Shown here: piece after piece, positions 21,508-35,245 of the stretch
Position numbering within the stretch: the stretch's first letter is position 1
Layout: each line of letters begins with the position of its first letter
Assembly (NCBI GenBank): GCA_000442015.1
Contig: KE560993.1
Location: 1-58,164 of the forward strand
DNA: 58,164 bases
Origin: Rozella allomycis CSF55
Taxonomy: Eukaryota
Reading direction: 5' to 3'
Notes under the pieces: model-generated
What the model saw: the letters and a program-made list of their open reading frames with translations, nothing else
The model's database searches: none
Told to the model about the DNA's origin: nothing
Position numbers and translations under genes: made by a program

Positions 21508-23203
21508 TTAAGACTCTTGCACAGTCCATGGCAATTTTAGAATCTCCTTTGCTGTTGGGCGTGAGTTTGGTTCCCTTTTTTGCTAAAGGAGAAATTTAAT
21601 ACTTTTCAAAACATAAATTCATTATTTGCTTTAAGCTATCTGAAGCATTGTCTGGTATATCAGGGTGAACATGTTTCCCTAGCTTGAACATCACAGCCTC
21701 TTGTATACAGCCTGTCCATGGATGGTTAGCAGTAAGCATTTCTATCAATACACAACCAAAACTCCAAATGTCAGTCTTTGTGGTTATTGATCCTCTTAGA
21801 ACTTCCGGGGCCATCCAAAAAACAGTCCCTTGGATGGAATGTCTGGCTTTGGAGCTTGCACCCAATTGAAGACTTAGCCCAAAGTCGGATATTTTAACTT
21901 GGCCGTACTCATTCAATAGAAAATTGCCGCCTTTAATGTTTGAAGTTAAACTTCACAATAATACAGTAATTCCAATAAAACAAAAAGGATATCTCTATGA
22001 ATAATATTTTGTTCGTGTAGATAAGATAGACCTGAGAGCATTTGTCTTGCGAAATTCTTCATTAATAATTCTTCAAAGGGCCCGCAAGTATTCAACAAAC
22101 TAGCGATTGAACCACCGGGAACATATTCTAACAGAATATTCAGTTTAGTTTCATCTCTTGTGGCCCCTATACTATTAAAGATTATAAACTACCTAAATAT
22201 CTGACAATATTGTCATGTTTCAATGTTTTCAAAACCTCGATTTCTTTCTCCAATGACTCAACCTAAAATTTTAGAGACATTTATAAAGTACTGTCTTAGT
22301 CTTTTGAATACAAGAGTCATTGGATAAATCTACCGTCTTAACTGCCATGAGGGTTCCATTTTCTGCATTAAGACCCAAGTATACGTCTCCAAACGATCCT
22401 TTTCCGATTTGTTTGCCCATTATCCATTTTATTGGTTTACCTACGTTCTTTAGTTTGTCTGAATCAATGACGACGCCTGGGAAATAACTGTCTAGCTGGG
22501 AATTTATTAACTTTGATGGCGGCCGATTAACTGGTCTTAATTTTGAATCGATCATAAAATCATCATCTGCTTTGTTATATTTGGAAGCGGTTAAGTAAAT
22601 ATCCAACTTTATAGAGTCATTAGAAAAAATTAACATGTGTTTCCAATCTCTTTCTCTTAAGTTATGTATCACTACGCTAAGAAACTAATTGATGTTACTG
22701 CCATCCTTTCTCATTATAAAGAATTGAAATTCTTTTGGGAAACTCTGTTTCTCAAGCACTTTGTTTAACGTTTCGTGCAGGTCAGAGTAATGGTTTCGTT
22801 CATACTCAAGTTCAAAGGAACTCGAAAGGATTGGCTGCTTGGAATGCCTATAAAAATTGACATTTATCAACAATAATTATACCAAATAAGAATTACTTTT
22901 TCTTTTTCTAAAGGGTTTCGAGCTTACTTGGCCGTGAGTGTTCCAACTTTTGTATTTTTGATTTCACAATATTATCAGCCATTAAGTGTTTTATCTCACC
23001 CAAAATTCTAGCGCAATGACCAATTTTCGAGACACCTATTTCTTTCAAATAATCGTAATCTAGGTAAGGCAATACATCTCCATCAATCATGTGATCTACG
23101 ACAAAAATGCTTACTTAGGCATACTTTTAAAGCTGTTAATGTGCATTTCCATACCAATTGATGAAATCCAATCAGCGACTTGAGAGCAAGTCCAATTTCG
23201 CAT
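21508..23203 (-). CDS. STE11: Ste11/Byr2-like MAPKKK with an N-terminal SAM domain
   Basis: SAM ([10 protein letters not shown]...IDGDVL...[11 protein letters not shown]); kinase [43 protein letters not shown]. Confidence 0.88.
21940..21992 (-). other. Probable U12-type (minor) intron, 53 nt, AT-AA termini
   Basis: CAT AGA G|ATATCCTTTTT...GTTTAACTTCAA|AC ATT AAA restores HRDIK; no single GT-AG intron does. Confidence 0.75.
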
Positions 23204-23228
23204 AACAAATCCAAGCCACGTTTTCGCA

Positions 23229-24013
23229 ATGAGTAAAGATGATGAATACGATTTTCTGTTCAAAGGTAGTACTACACGTGAAATAAAAACTAGTGGTTCT
23301 GATTGGAGACTCTGGAGTAGGTAAAAGTAACCTCCTATCGCGTTTCACCAAAAATGAATTTAATCTAGAATCCAAGTCTACTATCGGCGTAGAATTTGCT
23401 ACTAGAAGTATTCAAATTGATGGAAAAACTATAAAAACTCAGATTTGGGATACTGGTAATAAGGTTATGTGAAGGTAATGTAGCTGGCCAGGAACGTTTT
23501 CGAGCTATTACCAGTGCGTAAATTTAATGTATTACTTTTGAATATTAGGTATTACCGTGGTGCAGTCGGTGCATTTTTAGTTTATGATATTGCCAAACAA
23601 GTGACATTTGAAAGTATTAGCCGATGGCTTAAAGAACTCCGTGATCATGCAGACAGCAATATTGTCATAATGATGGTTGGTAACAAGAGTGACTTGAGAC
23701 ATTTACGTGCTGTTTCTACAGATGAAGCCAAAAGCTTTGCGGGTAAGGCTAATTCTGCACATTTATGAAAGCTGAAAATGGACTTTTGTTTATCGAAACC
23801 TCTGCCTTAGATGCCAGTAATGTAGATTTGGCTTTTCAACAAATTCTTTCTGGTAAGTGAATTAAACTGTAGAGAAAAGAAATATTGAAGATATATTTGA
23901 AGAAATCTTTAGAAAATGGAGGTGCTAGTTCTGCAGCTCCAAGCTCTGGGCAAAAAATATCAATCTCTGTTGTCCCTCAAAATCAAGAAAAAACTGGTGG
24001 AAAATGCTGCTAA
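23229..24013 (+). CDS. RAB11: Rab11/Ypt31 GTPase, 5 introns
   Basis: [67 protein letters not shown]-terminal CC. Confidence 0.96.
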
Positions 24014-24032
24014 TAAAAAGATTATTACTTTA

Positions 24033-25619
24033 TTATGTCGTTAATTTATTTAATAAAATGCTTAATGAGTCTTCAATTGATGAAACCTCTAAACATTTTG
24101 CCTTCACAGTGTTTACAATTTCCTTTTGACATTCATGCAATATAAATTACTCGGAAAAGTCTATCATTGTTTTCAAAGTACTCTGTGAACTCTTGAATGT
24201 AATTTAATACATTATGTCTATATGTAACTTCGTTAGGCCAAAAAGCTTTAAGCCAAAGTTGAAACCAGGGTATAACATATTTCCTAATACAAATTGGAAT
24301 CAAAGTTTGTTCGTAATCATCGCTAGAGGATGAACAAAATTGAAATAAATGAGAATACCATGCCATTGAATCAATTGGTTTATAGGTCTAGTTAATTAAG
24401 GCAGGAAAATTATACCATTAGAGGATTCAACGACAATAGTTCGTATTTGATGTAAAACTCCATTAGACCTGGAATATTATGAGAAAAATAAGCCGATTCG
24501 TATTTTTTGGGGTAATTAGTCTTGAATTCTTTCAGCAATTTAAGAAAACCAGTTGGAGATGAAAATTGTTCATCAACATTTTTAACGATTGAAGAGATAA
24601 ATTCAGGCTGAATTTTCTATTTGAATGATAAACTAAAATTACCAGAGTTGAATTTGTTTCTTCAATGCTGCTGGGGGAAATATTGTTCATTAAACTATTC
24701 AATGACGAAAATGCTTTTTCTATTTTAAAGCTCTATAATCTCTTTAATAGAATCTAATCACCTTTTCTTCAAAAAAGTCACACAAAGTGATAAAATAATT
24801 CCGCAGTTTTTGCATGAATTCGTATTCTTCAGCTTCTTGTGTAACTTGTTTTTGAAGATTTAAAGAATAGTCATTAATGAATTTAATCGAATCTTCCAAG
24901 TTGTTCAACTTGATCTTCTCTTCCTTTAGCTCTCGCCTGAAAGATTGAATATTCAATTCAGTTTCTTTTATGAAATCATCAAAATTGGCAATTTCATCAA
25001 ATTGCAACGAGATTTCTTCTCTTTTGCTCTTTATTAATTCTTCTGCATTGATTTTAGTGTTATCAACGCCTTTTCTGATTTGACTTAATTCCCATTCCTC
25101 TCGTGTCTCATCCTCGCTCATCCTTTCAATTGCAAATAATACCGTTACTCTTCATCATAAAATTCATTCTCTTCATATGCATTTAATGTGTTATCTTGCA
25201 CTCCATACTGAACATCTCCATTCAGAGAAATAAATTCTTCGTTCAAAGATCTCTTAAATTCCCGATTTTTCTTTGCCATTAAAATATCTTGGGAGTCTGG
25301 TATCGATGATTTGGTTTTCATGGTGGCATTCTGTTTTCTTTGAAGCAATATTTCCTTATAATATTCGCTTGTTTTATCGTCTTTGCTGTCATCTCTGTCA
25401 GTCTCTGGGAGGTTAACTATTTCATTGCGCTTCATTTTGAAAGAGGTCGTCGGTATCTCGTCCTGCTTCACATCAAAGAGAATTTCTTACTTGAACATCA
25501 AAGCTCACCTTCATCTTTTGTTGTCCAGTACCTGCTCTAGAATTTACAACAACTTCTTCTTCATCATCTGACACATTCTTTTTCCTTATATTTCCTCTCT
25601 TTGACCGTTTTGTGAACAT
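24033..25619 (-). CDS. GCFC2/PAXBP1/Ntr2-family spliceosome-disassembly factor
   Basis: MFTKRSKRGNIRKK start, IPDSQDILMAKKNRE, EFISL, EWELSQIRKG, FMQKLRNYFITLCDFFEEK, YESAY...P, MAWY. Confidence 0.8.
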
Positions 25620-25632
25620 AGAAATATCTCAA

Positions 25633-27087
25633 ATGTTTAATCTCTCATTTCGATGCAAAAAGGTCCAGTTTTTAAAATCTCCTGGCGATTTTTATAATTT
25701 TTTAATAGTATTGCTTTCTATTTTATATCAGGAAGGATTCCATTCGTAATTCAAAGGATAGAATACATCTTGCAAGTTTATACCTGGGTGATGGCAACAT
25801 GGAAGAGAAACTAGTAATCAAAATAATCCGCTGAGAAAGGTGTTTGAATTGCACAAAAAGTTAGAGGAGGGTGTCCCTGTATCAGTCATATTGGATGGAT
25901 TAAGAGGTACTCGCAGATCGATCAATCGAAGGAGTTCGTATGACATGTTGCTCCCATTAAGCCAAAAGTTTGATCATTTCAAAGCATCTTTCCTTAAATG
26001 TCCTAAAATGGATGCTAGAGGTGCTAGATGGATCCCTGAAAGATTCAATGAAGTGTTTGGCATAATGCATATGAAGGCATGCATTTTTGATGACACTCTA
26101 GTTCTTACGGGGTACAATTTATAGCTTTTAAATACTAGAGCAAATTTAAGTTCTATATATTTCCAGAACAGAGTTGACAGATACGCAGTTTTTCAAAACT
26201 CCACGCCCCTTGCCGATTTCTATGCTGAATTACTAGATGAAATGTCCGAAATTGGAAACTGTGTAAGCTCTTCAGGAAGCATGACTCCAACATTATGGAA
26301 ATCAAATCATTCTCACAACTACAGATTGGCCGTTAAGAATAAGATTTCAGAATTTATCAACAAGGAACGAACTGATTTAGGAACTGGAGAACTACTTGTG
26401 AGTCCTACAATCCAGCTTCCCCCTTTTGGAATCNAATCCAGCTGCCCCCTTTTGGAATCGATCAATACCATCAAACAATTTTGCAATGTCTTGCCAATAT
26501 AAACGAAAACCAAAAAGTGTTACTCTCTGCGGGTTATTTTAATTTAATTGAAGAATATACAAAAGCTCTATTGAATTCGGGAGCAAGAGTAGATTTGCTA
26601 GTTGCGTCACCATCAGTAATTTACCGGGGTTGTTCATACAGGCAAATGGATTTTACAATGCATCTGGGTTATCCAAGCACATTCCGTCAGTGTATAGTTT
26701 GCTCGAAAGAAAATTTATGAAGACGATACGCAGGGCTAAATGTGATGATAGGATTAGATTGTATGAGTTTGACAAGCAAGGGTATTCATTTCATGCGAAA
26801 GGATTGTGGATTTTTGATAAGGATGGAAAGCCAGTTTTGTCGACTATTGGATCACCAAATCTTGGTACGATTTATTAATGATGAATATAGGGTATCGGTC
26901 TGCATATAGAGATATGGAGAGCCAGGTATTTTTAAAAAGTGATAATGATGAAATTAACGCGGCGATTGTTGAGGATGCAAGGAGAATCCTGGAAGACTCT
27001 TATGTATTAACAGAAGAAGATTTAAAGAGTCGGCATATTCCAGCAATTTTGAAGTGTGTAACACCTTTAATAAAAACAATGCTTTAA
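25633..27087 (+). CDS. PGS1: Phosphatidylglycerophosphate synthase (PLD superfamily)
   Basis: SPGDFY, RIHLASLYLG, DGLRGTR, MHMKACIFDD..TGANLS, ANGFY, FHAKGLW, GSPNLGYRSAYRDME. An N-linked duplication near 26434 breaks the frame. Confidence 0.92.
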
Positions 27088-27099
27088 GTAAATTTATTT

Positions 27100-29103
27100 T
27101 TAATCAAAATGTACAAAAACAAACCCTTGTCCCCCAACAATGCTAATGTCATTGATGCACGAAAGTGATGATAGTCTAATTGGCAAACCTTTGGCTATAT
27201 TTTTAGGCGAAACAGTAATCTTTGAATCTTTAAATGCAAAATTCATTTTAAGAAAAGTCTAAATTGTATAAAATAAATTGATTACGTCCTTTGCGCGTTT
27301 CAACGAAGTCTTGTGCATGAATTCACCAGAGTCAGTCACATATTTAGTACTTTTAGATAACAGAAAAGCATCCTGAATTTCAAAGAGTGATTCTAGTTAC
27401 CAAAATGAAAGAATCTTTAGAAACAATGGCATTGTAACTCCTGTCAAAAGCAGCTTCGATGACTCTAACAACTTTATCTTCAGAGACCAGAAATGGTTTC
27501 ATTAAAGATTCAGAGAATCTCAACTTGTGAGAAATAACTGTTTTAAAAAGCTTGAAAAGTTTTACCGCCAGATCTAAAGATAGTTGTTGGTTGCAAGCCA
27601 AGATTAAAATTGTATTCATAAATGTTCCCCGAGTGATTTGCTACAAACAAGGAATAATTGTTCGACGTGGATTCAATACTCTTGATTACGCCTGTCCATT
27701 TTACTGAAGTAATCAAACTATTAGAGACTGGGAAACAATGCATTGGTTCATTTGATTCATTCAGCATGTCATAAATTAGTACAAATCCTTTTAATATTTA
27801 AAGTGTGAATGTACCTTCATTTGTTCCAACAGCCACATAGCTATTGCAAATATTGTTTAAAGAAAGATTGGGAATCCAATCAAAGGAATGAAATTGAAAT
27901 TTATGATTAATTTTTAAATGTTGTCTTGGCCACATTAAATACTTTCTTTCATCGTTTAAATTTAAGATTGCCAGTCGAATTTGATTTCCGAAAATTCCAA
28001 TTAATCCAATTTTGTCTTTTCCAATTCTCTTTAACTGAAGATCTTTCAATGATTCATGTTCATAGCAAATTAGTTTAAACAATTCAATCTTTTTCTTTTT
28101 TATTGAATAGATTAAAATGCATTCTTTGGAAACGTTCAGAATTGAAATTGTTGTGTGAACAGTTTTAGGATCTTTGTAGCCGCCAACAGCAAACAAAACT
28201 TGATCATCTCTTAAACTCAAACAATTCCCTTTACCTAATTTTAAAACATCTGTTGAAATAATTGCCCCTCCAGTGTTAATCAACGTAAAGTTTTTAAAAT
28301 CCTGCAACGATAAATGAGGAATTTCATAATCTTTATTCACATGAAAATTATTTGTCAATGGCTGAAGAGCGAACTCTAAAACTTTATCAAATGGAATTTC
28401 ATCAAAATCTGAATAATTCAAGTTTTCATGTTCTAAATATCCCAAATCTACAATTTCATAATCTTTCAGTGGTTTTCTATCAGATCTCTTTTTCTTCTTT
28501 TGAGTTTCATTTGATTCGTCAATCTCAAATTCCATTTCACACAAATCATTTCTAACACACGCACTCCAAAGTAGATGAAATGAATCAATATCTATCGCAT
28601 AAACAAAATCTCTTAAACTAACAACTTTGGGTATTTCCCTCACAACATCTTAATGTTATTTCAAACATTCACTCCTTACCTTCAGCGATAACCTTTCCTG
28701 CTGCCATTGTTATCTTTTTCAATGAATGTTGGTAGTTGATAACGTGATATTTTATTCCTGATATAGTCGTAAACTCTTCAGAACAGCCAGGAAAGGGACA
28801 CAAATACTTGTCCGTTTCCTTTACTATTTGCAATATCCCCTTTGACATTACAGGAGACAAACATTCCATCAATGCAGGATTATCTTTTAATGATCTAACA
28901 CTCATCAACTCTGGTGTGGGATTATCAACACTCACACACTTNTTACCATTAAAGCTGTTAAATTCTTCATCACAACAATGATACTTTTCATAATCATAAA
29001 AAGAAGCATGATCGTAAACTTGAAAATGTTTCGCCAAATACTTTTGCTGCAAAAACCTGAACGGACATCCCACAAAAGGACAGTCCAGAGTTTCAACCTC
29101 CAT
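27100..29103 (-). CDS. C2H2 zinc-finger plus WD40-like protein, possibly TFIIIC subunit Tfc6/GTF3C2-like
   Basis: CPFVGC...H and CPFPGC...H fingers; LINTGGAIIS, FAVGGY, FDW, VAVGTNEG beta-propeller-like motifs. Confidence 0.55.
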
Positions 29104-29143
29104 ATCAAAGATTCAAACCTGGAATTTCAGAAAATTTCCTCGA

Positions 29144-32100
29144 ATGGGCTGGCTAAAGTTTAACCTGCCTCCACCGAACCAAGATGCATTTCAAACACCG
29201 CAAAACGCTAGAAAGACAATAAAGGCCACTTCGGGAGCAATTTTATTATCGGTAGATTCGAATATTGGAAGCTTGAACACAGCCCTGAAATCGGTTTTGC
29301 AAAAAGATGAGGCAACGCCGGAGAAGACTCATAATCCATTTTTTGCTACACCGTCGCAGCAAAATACACAGCTTTTGGTAAAGGATACGCCGCAGGGGTC
29401 GTTGGAATTGATTCGGCAAGTGAAAGGAGACTGTGAAACTAAAGGAAAAGAAGAGTTGAATAAAATTGAAACAATGAAAGAAATTGATTTGAATAAAGAT
29501 GATATTGAAGTTGATAATAAAGATTCAAAAGTAGAAAGTAAAGGAAACGAAGAAGAATTGGATGAAGCTGAAAAAGATTTGAATGAAATTCACGCCACCT
29601 TAGAATTGATAACAACACCAGTTATTCTTAAATATGACACAATTGAAGCAACACCTCTGATTTCTGCTGAAACTCCAAAAGCAATCATGGATGAAGATGT
29701 TATAAAAAGCCCATCAGAAAGAAAACTAAAACAAAAAGAAGATGAAAAATTGAAAGCTGATCAAATTCCTTCTACTATTCAAGAGAATGTAAACGCAGAT
29801 GACGAATGCACGAAAGATGAAATTTCAATCACAGAAAATTTGGTTGTTGAAAATGCCAAGATTGAAAATTTGGCGTCTCAAGGTACTTTTAATTGTTTAC
29901 TTGGAAGTTAGTTTTGTTAATGACGCCAGATGCATGCAAAGTTGCCACACAATTAACAGATAAACCAAGTGAAGAAAGTGTCTCAGAAACTAAAACAACT
30001 GAAACTATTTCAAATATAGAAAAAGATCAAAAACATTTAATAGAGAATGAAAATATTCCAGTTGCCGTCAGTGGATCATTTTATGAGCCATTAATCCAAT
30101 CACAAATGACGCCTGACGTTATTGAAAAAAGTCAACCTTCAAGCGCATTGAAGATTATAAACACAGCGAAAACACCATCCAAAGTAACCGTCATGGGTAA
30201 TTCATTAATTTTTCTATTAAATAGTGAAAGAAACGCCTTTTAAAAAGCAAACAATAATTGTTCCATCTTCAAATCCTTATTCAACAAAGAGTATGAAATA
30301 TTATGTCTTGTGATAGAGCCCATTGAAATAATGTCCCAGGAAGCTACCCAGCCAATTGCCCGCCATGACCAACCGAACATTTCTGGAATCTTTAAATCTT
30401 ATCCAAACATTTTAGATATTCTGGTTGAAAAAAGAAAATTATCTGAAACTGGGAAAGAACCAAAGAAGCCTAAATGGGATGACCACAATGAGAGTGAGAT
30501 TGAGGAAAGGCCAATTGTGATAGAGGAAAAGGAAAATACAAAGCCACCGTCAATTGTATTAAATCAAGAATTCAATAGCAGCTATGAAAATCAAACTCCT
30601 AGACTAGGTGAAATACCCGAGTTAACTTGGAAACCTTCAGAGTTTACTGAGACAGAGAAACTTTCAGGGTTAACTGAGACGGAGAAACCTTCAGCGTTGA
30701 CGGAAGGCGGCAATCAAATTGAGAAATTTCCCATTGTTGATAAAAAGAAGTTTTTAGATAAATTTGTTCAATCTTGTGTCTATCCATCATCATCATTAAA
30801 AATAAATTCTCTAATTTGGGCTAAATGGAGGGATGGAATATATTATCCAGCAAAGATTCTCAAACGTGCTGCTCCGAGATCCAAGACTATTGAAGTTATT
30901 TTCAGTGATGGAACTAAATACAAGGCGCCTAAAGGTGCTTGCCATATCTTTCAGCTTTCTGTTAATACTCTAGTTAAAATATCATCGTCCAAGGAAGGGC
31001 ATAATGGCATTGTAGTAGAGTTTGAGAGTTTGTCTAATATAAAGATTGATGTGGACAATGTGATGCAAATATTTACGATTCAGGATATTGCAATGGATGA
31101 AGAAATGTTCCAAAAGGCAAACATGCCTAAAACCCCTAAAAGGCCACACAGTAGACTAAAACAGTTGAGAGGTGTTGAGACGCTCTCTTCTAGTGTTCGA
31201 TCACCGTTTTCTTCAAAGTTTAATGTAGGCGATGTTGTGTGGGCGCCTTGGTCTGACAATTATTTCTATTCAGCAACAGTCACAAATGTGAAACCTCTTG
31301 AATTAGTTTACAATGATGGAGATTCGTGTAATGTTCGTGCAGAGAATCAAATATTTTTAGCAACTTTAAATGAAGGCGACACTGTTCTAGTCAAGAAGAA
31401 TGATTGTTTTGAAAAGGCGAAAATTAGACAACGAATAAATTCAATGATTTTCTTACTTTCAATTAATGGGACAATTGTTAAAGAGTCTCTAGTCGGTATG
31501 GCCATGACCAAAGACTTGATTGACAAATGCTACACCAGCAAACGGCAAAGCAAAGCAGAAATTATAGATTCGCCTGAAAAAATGGCTACTGACACTCACA
31601 GGATGAGGCAACTCAAAGGAAGAATCTTGTTTCCCTCAGATTCATCGTTTGACATATTCAAAGGTCTGTTTTTCTACATTACGCTTTCATCAAAAGAAAG
31701 TAAATTCAATTCACATTTAATAAAGATATTTATTCTGTCAACAAGCAAGAATTGTGTAAAAACATTAAAAAGTACAGCGGCTCAATTTTGGAGAATTTTG
31801 ATAACGTTCCATTTGCATCAAAGAGTCACATTCTTTTATCCAACATGCCTTGCAGAACTATAAAATATTTAAAAGCTTTGGCTTTGAATCTGCAAATTAT
31901 TTCGGTAGATTGGATCCAAAAATCAATAGAAAGAGTAATACATGTTCTTGTTATCAACAGAGGACAGTTTTGCCGTTTGATCAGTTCTATCTTCCTACTG
32001 GATTTTCAAAGCAAGAAAATAACTATGTTAACCCTTTAACAATGCCAAGCCCTGTGTTTGACTCTTTAAATATGTCCGTTTATGGCGAATCTGGTTTCCA

Positions 32101-32357
32101 TGTAACTAATTTAATCGAAATTCAAGTAGGAAGAATGGACAGATTTATGTCAACTGGCGGGCGCTACAATGTATGTTAATCTACCCGATGAATGTATGGG
32201 TGTCATGTATGTAGTGTTTCCTGGCTCCCCGCCTGATGATTGGAAGGATGAAATCACACGATTTAATTATCACATTGAATCTGTAAATACAGAGTGGATT
32301 ATTCAGTCTCTCATTCATAGGCAAATTTTGGATATACAAGAATGTTACATGGCATAG
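29144..32357 (+). CDS. 53BP1/Crb2/Rad9-like DNA-damage mediator (Tudor plus tandem BRCT)
   Basis: Disordered N-terminus rich in SQ/TP sites; Tudor IWAKWRDGIYYPA and VWAPWSDNYFYSA; BRCT IFKGLFF, CRTIKYLKALA..ISVDWI, VNTEWIIQSLI. Confidence 0.85.
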
Positions 32358-32569
32358 ATTTTGGCACAAATAATTCACATTATATAAATAAAGTAAAATT
32401 TACAACCATAAACCATATTAAGTTTTGTCATATCTACTGAATGAAGATGATAAGTTAAGAATAATTATCGCTTAATATCTTTATAGCAATCCGTTACTAA
32501 TCCATACACTAAAAGTCTTGAATTAAATTGAAATTCCACTAAAAATATTTATGCAATCTAAAGACGTTT

Positions 32570-35123
32570 TTATTCTTTTGATAATAATGAGAGAACTTTT
32601 TCAAAATCGCCAAAACTAAAATTCCATGAATCTTCAATCTGATTGTTTAAATAACCGCATTTCCTAAGATGATGTAGTTGCCTTTTAACAAGAGTTTGTA
32701 ACTGGTGATTCTTTAGTTTAGATATGACATTTTGATTCAACTTTAGCATTTTTGTCGTATCTACCGACTTTAATGGAATTGTGAATCCAGCTGAAATGGG
32801 TCTATGGTCGCTTGTTTGTACTTGATATCTCTTGTAAAATTTACTCAAGCATTTGCTACGAAACAAAATTCTGTCACACCATGCAGGCACTCGTTGCTTG
32901 TCACTGGTATCATAATTGTCACTACCGATGTCGTATTTATACGTAGGTTTAAATGTTATTAGTGGTTCTTCAAATATCCTTAAAGAAAATTGACTGTTTT
33001 CTTTCAATTCAGTTTTTAACTGATCAAATTTCAAAAGATCGTCAATCAAATTATTAGAAATCATTTCTTCTGCTTTTCTTTTGTCAAGATTTATGCGGTA
33101 ATTCAAATCGCCAAAAAAGAAAACATGATCGTGATCCAGAGCTTGAGATCCATCCCCACCTTGTGTAAACAAGTGATATTCGTCTGTTAGAGATTGAAAT
33201 TCTATATTTTTTAGAATAGAATTGGCATGATGATTGCGTTCACGGGTTTTTGAATGTCCAGCTGCTAGATGTGCATTGAGAAAGGCAAGGGAAGCGTCAT
33301 CGATAATAACTCTAAATCCAATAGCACCTTTATTTCCATAATAACCTTTAAATCCAGTTTTTGCTTTACCAAAGTTAACATGTTTTATTCTATGCAATTC
33401 AGAGTCTTTAATAAACACACAGAGCATTAATCCAACCATTTGTTCCCCACCAACAAAGGAATACGAAACATCGGGTTTTATTTGTTTAATTAATTTTGAA
33501 AAGAATTCTTGCCATAATTTTAATCTACTTTGATCATCATCGGTGCTATTTTTAGAATTGGAAAACATTTCTACATTTTCATATTCAAACCCTTTTACTT
33601 TTTTGCACTTTATCTAAATTTTCTACTTCTTGAAATCCAATAACCATTAGATCAGGTTTATCCATTTCATTTAAATATTTCCGAATAAAAATTGAACCTT
33701 CATGATACGCTTCTAGATCCTGCGGTGTTTGTGCGCCAACATTCCATGATCCAATAAAAACATCAAATGGCTTATATGAACAAAAATCTTCTTCAATCTT
33801 TTTCATTTCTCTTGCAGTAAAATCATTTGGCAGCAAGGCGTTCCATGCAACAAATGTAGAATTGCCACTACAACTAAAAACTATTGATTCATCTGGCGAC
33901 ATCACGCAACTGCGATCGGCGATTAACATTTCAACTGATGATTCGTGTGCCTTCCATTTCTTTACTAAATTACATTCATTAACTGAGAGCATTTCATAAA
34001 TCAATATTCTTCCGTTGTTTGTTCCTAGCAAAAGATAGTGATCCAAGAAACAATACATACACGTTATTCCATAAGATTCAGCATTAATCTGCTGCACACA
34101 GTCCAAAGTCATAAGAGACCATACCAAAAGCACACCGTTGTTGTGTGAAGTTAAAATCATTTCCCTATTTCCAGGAAACTCGCATATATCAGTCATCAAT
34201 GAGTTGAAATTAGTAGCATCAGACCACGTCTCATAATTTATTTTATAAAGAGTCTTTTGGGTGAGGGGATCAAAAAACTCAATAACCTTCCCATTGAACG
34301 CGACTAGTCTTCCGTTGCATTCCTTGACAATCTTTAATTTAGTTGATAAATTGGCTGTTGCTATTTTCTGCTCAAAAGTTAAATAGTTTTTTCCTTTTCT
34401 TTGAAATACATTCAAAGTTCCCGCGTCATCAATACTGCATAGACAATTTTGCACTAGTATCAAGAAATTAACAGGAGAAGAATGATATGCAGAACGTTGA
34501 TCTATTGATTTTCCAAGTTTCATGTCATGCACCTGTAGACTTCCATCAACATGACCAGTCCAAACATACCGACTATCATCTTCATAAACTAAGGACGGCT
34601 GAAAAGCCATCGATGTTATGGCGGCGGAACAATTTATTAAAGATTTAACCTCCCCTGTTTTTACATAGATTACTCTTATCACATTCAATAGGCTGGCACA
34701 CAAAATCGAGCCACTAAAGGCAGCTTTGGCAGCCTTACACTTAATTTTAGGCAGACCGTCAATTGTAGGTGGTATCCTTGATGCTTGCACCAAATTTAGG
34801 CCTGCAACTGGGATCTGTAATGCTGGTTTCCCCTGGTTTGTTTTCACATCAACTCGCGAGTCAGATTTTCTAGCTAAACTTGTTTCGCATTTGTTGTTTG
34901 CCTTTGAAGCTTCATATTCACTCTCACTGGAATCGCTTAGGTTTCTATATTTCTTATTTTTCCCTTTTGTTTTTGTCTTATCTATCTGGCTCAATGATGC
35001 GGATCGCTCCTTTCCTTTGGATGCCTTTGTCATGAAACTAAAAACCGAGTTTTTATTGTAATTATTGAACTTTGAATCATCGCTTGACTAGTCAATTCGA
35101 ATAAGTTTCTTTACTGAAGACAT
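32570..35123 (-). CDS. WD40-containing inositol polyphosphate 5-phosphatase
   Basis: WD40-like region (VWTGHVDG, WKAHESSV); GSWNVGA, IGFQE, GNKGA, NAHLAAG, FFGDLNYRI, PTYKYD, PAWCDRIL, SDHRPI. ATG at 35123 followed by a 27-nt intron. Confidence 0.92.
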
Positions 35124-35245
35124 TTTGAAAGATTTGTTTATAAAAAATGGCAAGTCTATCAATTAGCAGGTCTCAACCTCTGGAAATTGCTACTTAATTA
35201 TTCGTGACATTGAGCGCCACCTCTTAGCCACCACGCATTTTTATC

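Noticed and set aside
26408-26459. Direct duplication of about 25 bp around an N that frameshifts PGS1
   Set aside because: Overlapping contig ends joined by N with one mismatch; an assembly artefact, not a pseudogene or recoding site.
27084-27102. Apparent overlapping stop codons of PGS1 and the convergent gene
   Set aside because: Correct framing puts the minus-strand stop at 27100-27102, so the genes are 12 bp apart.
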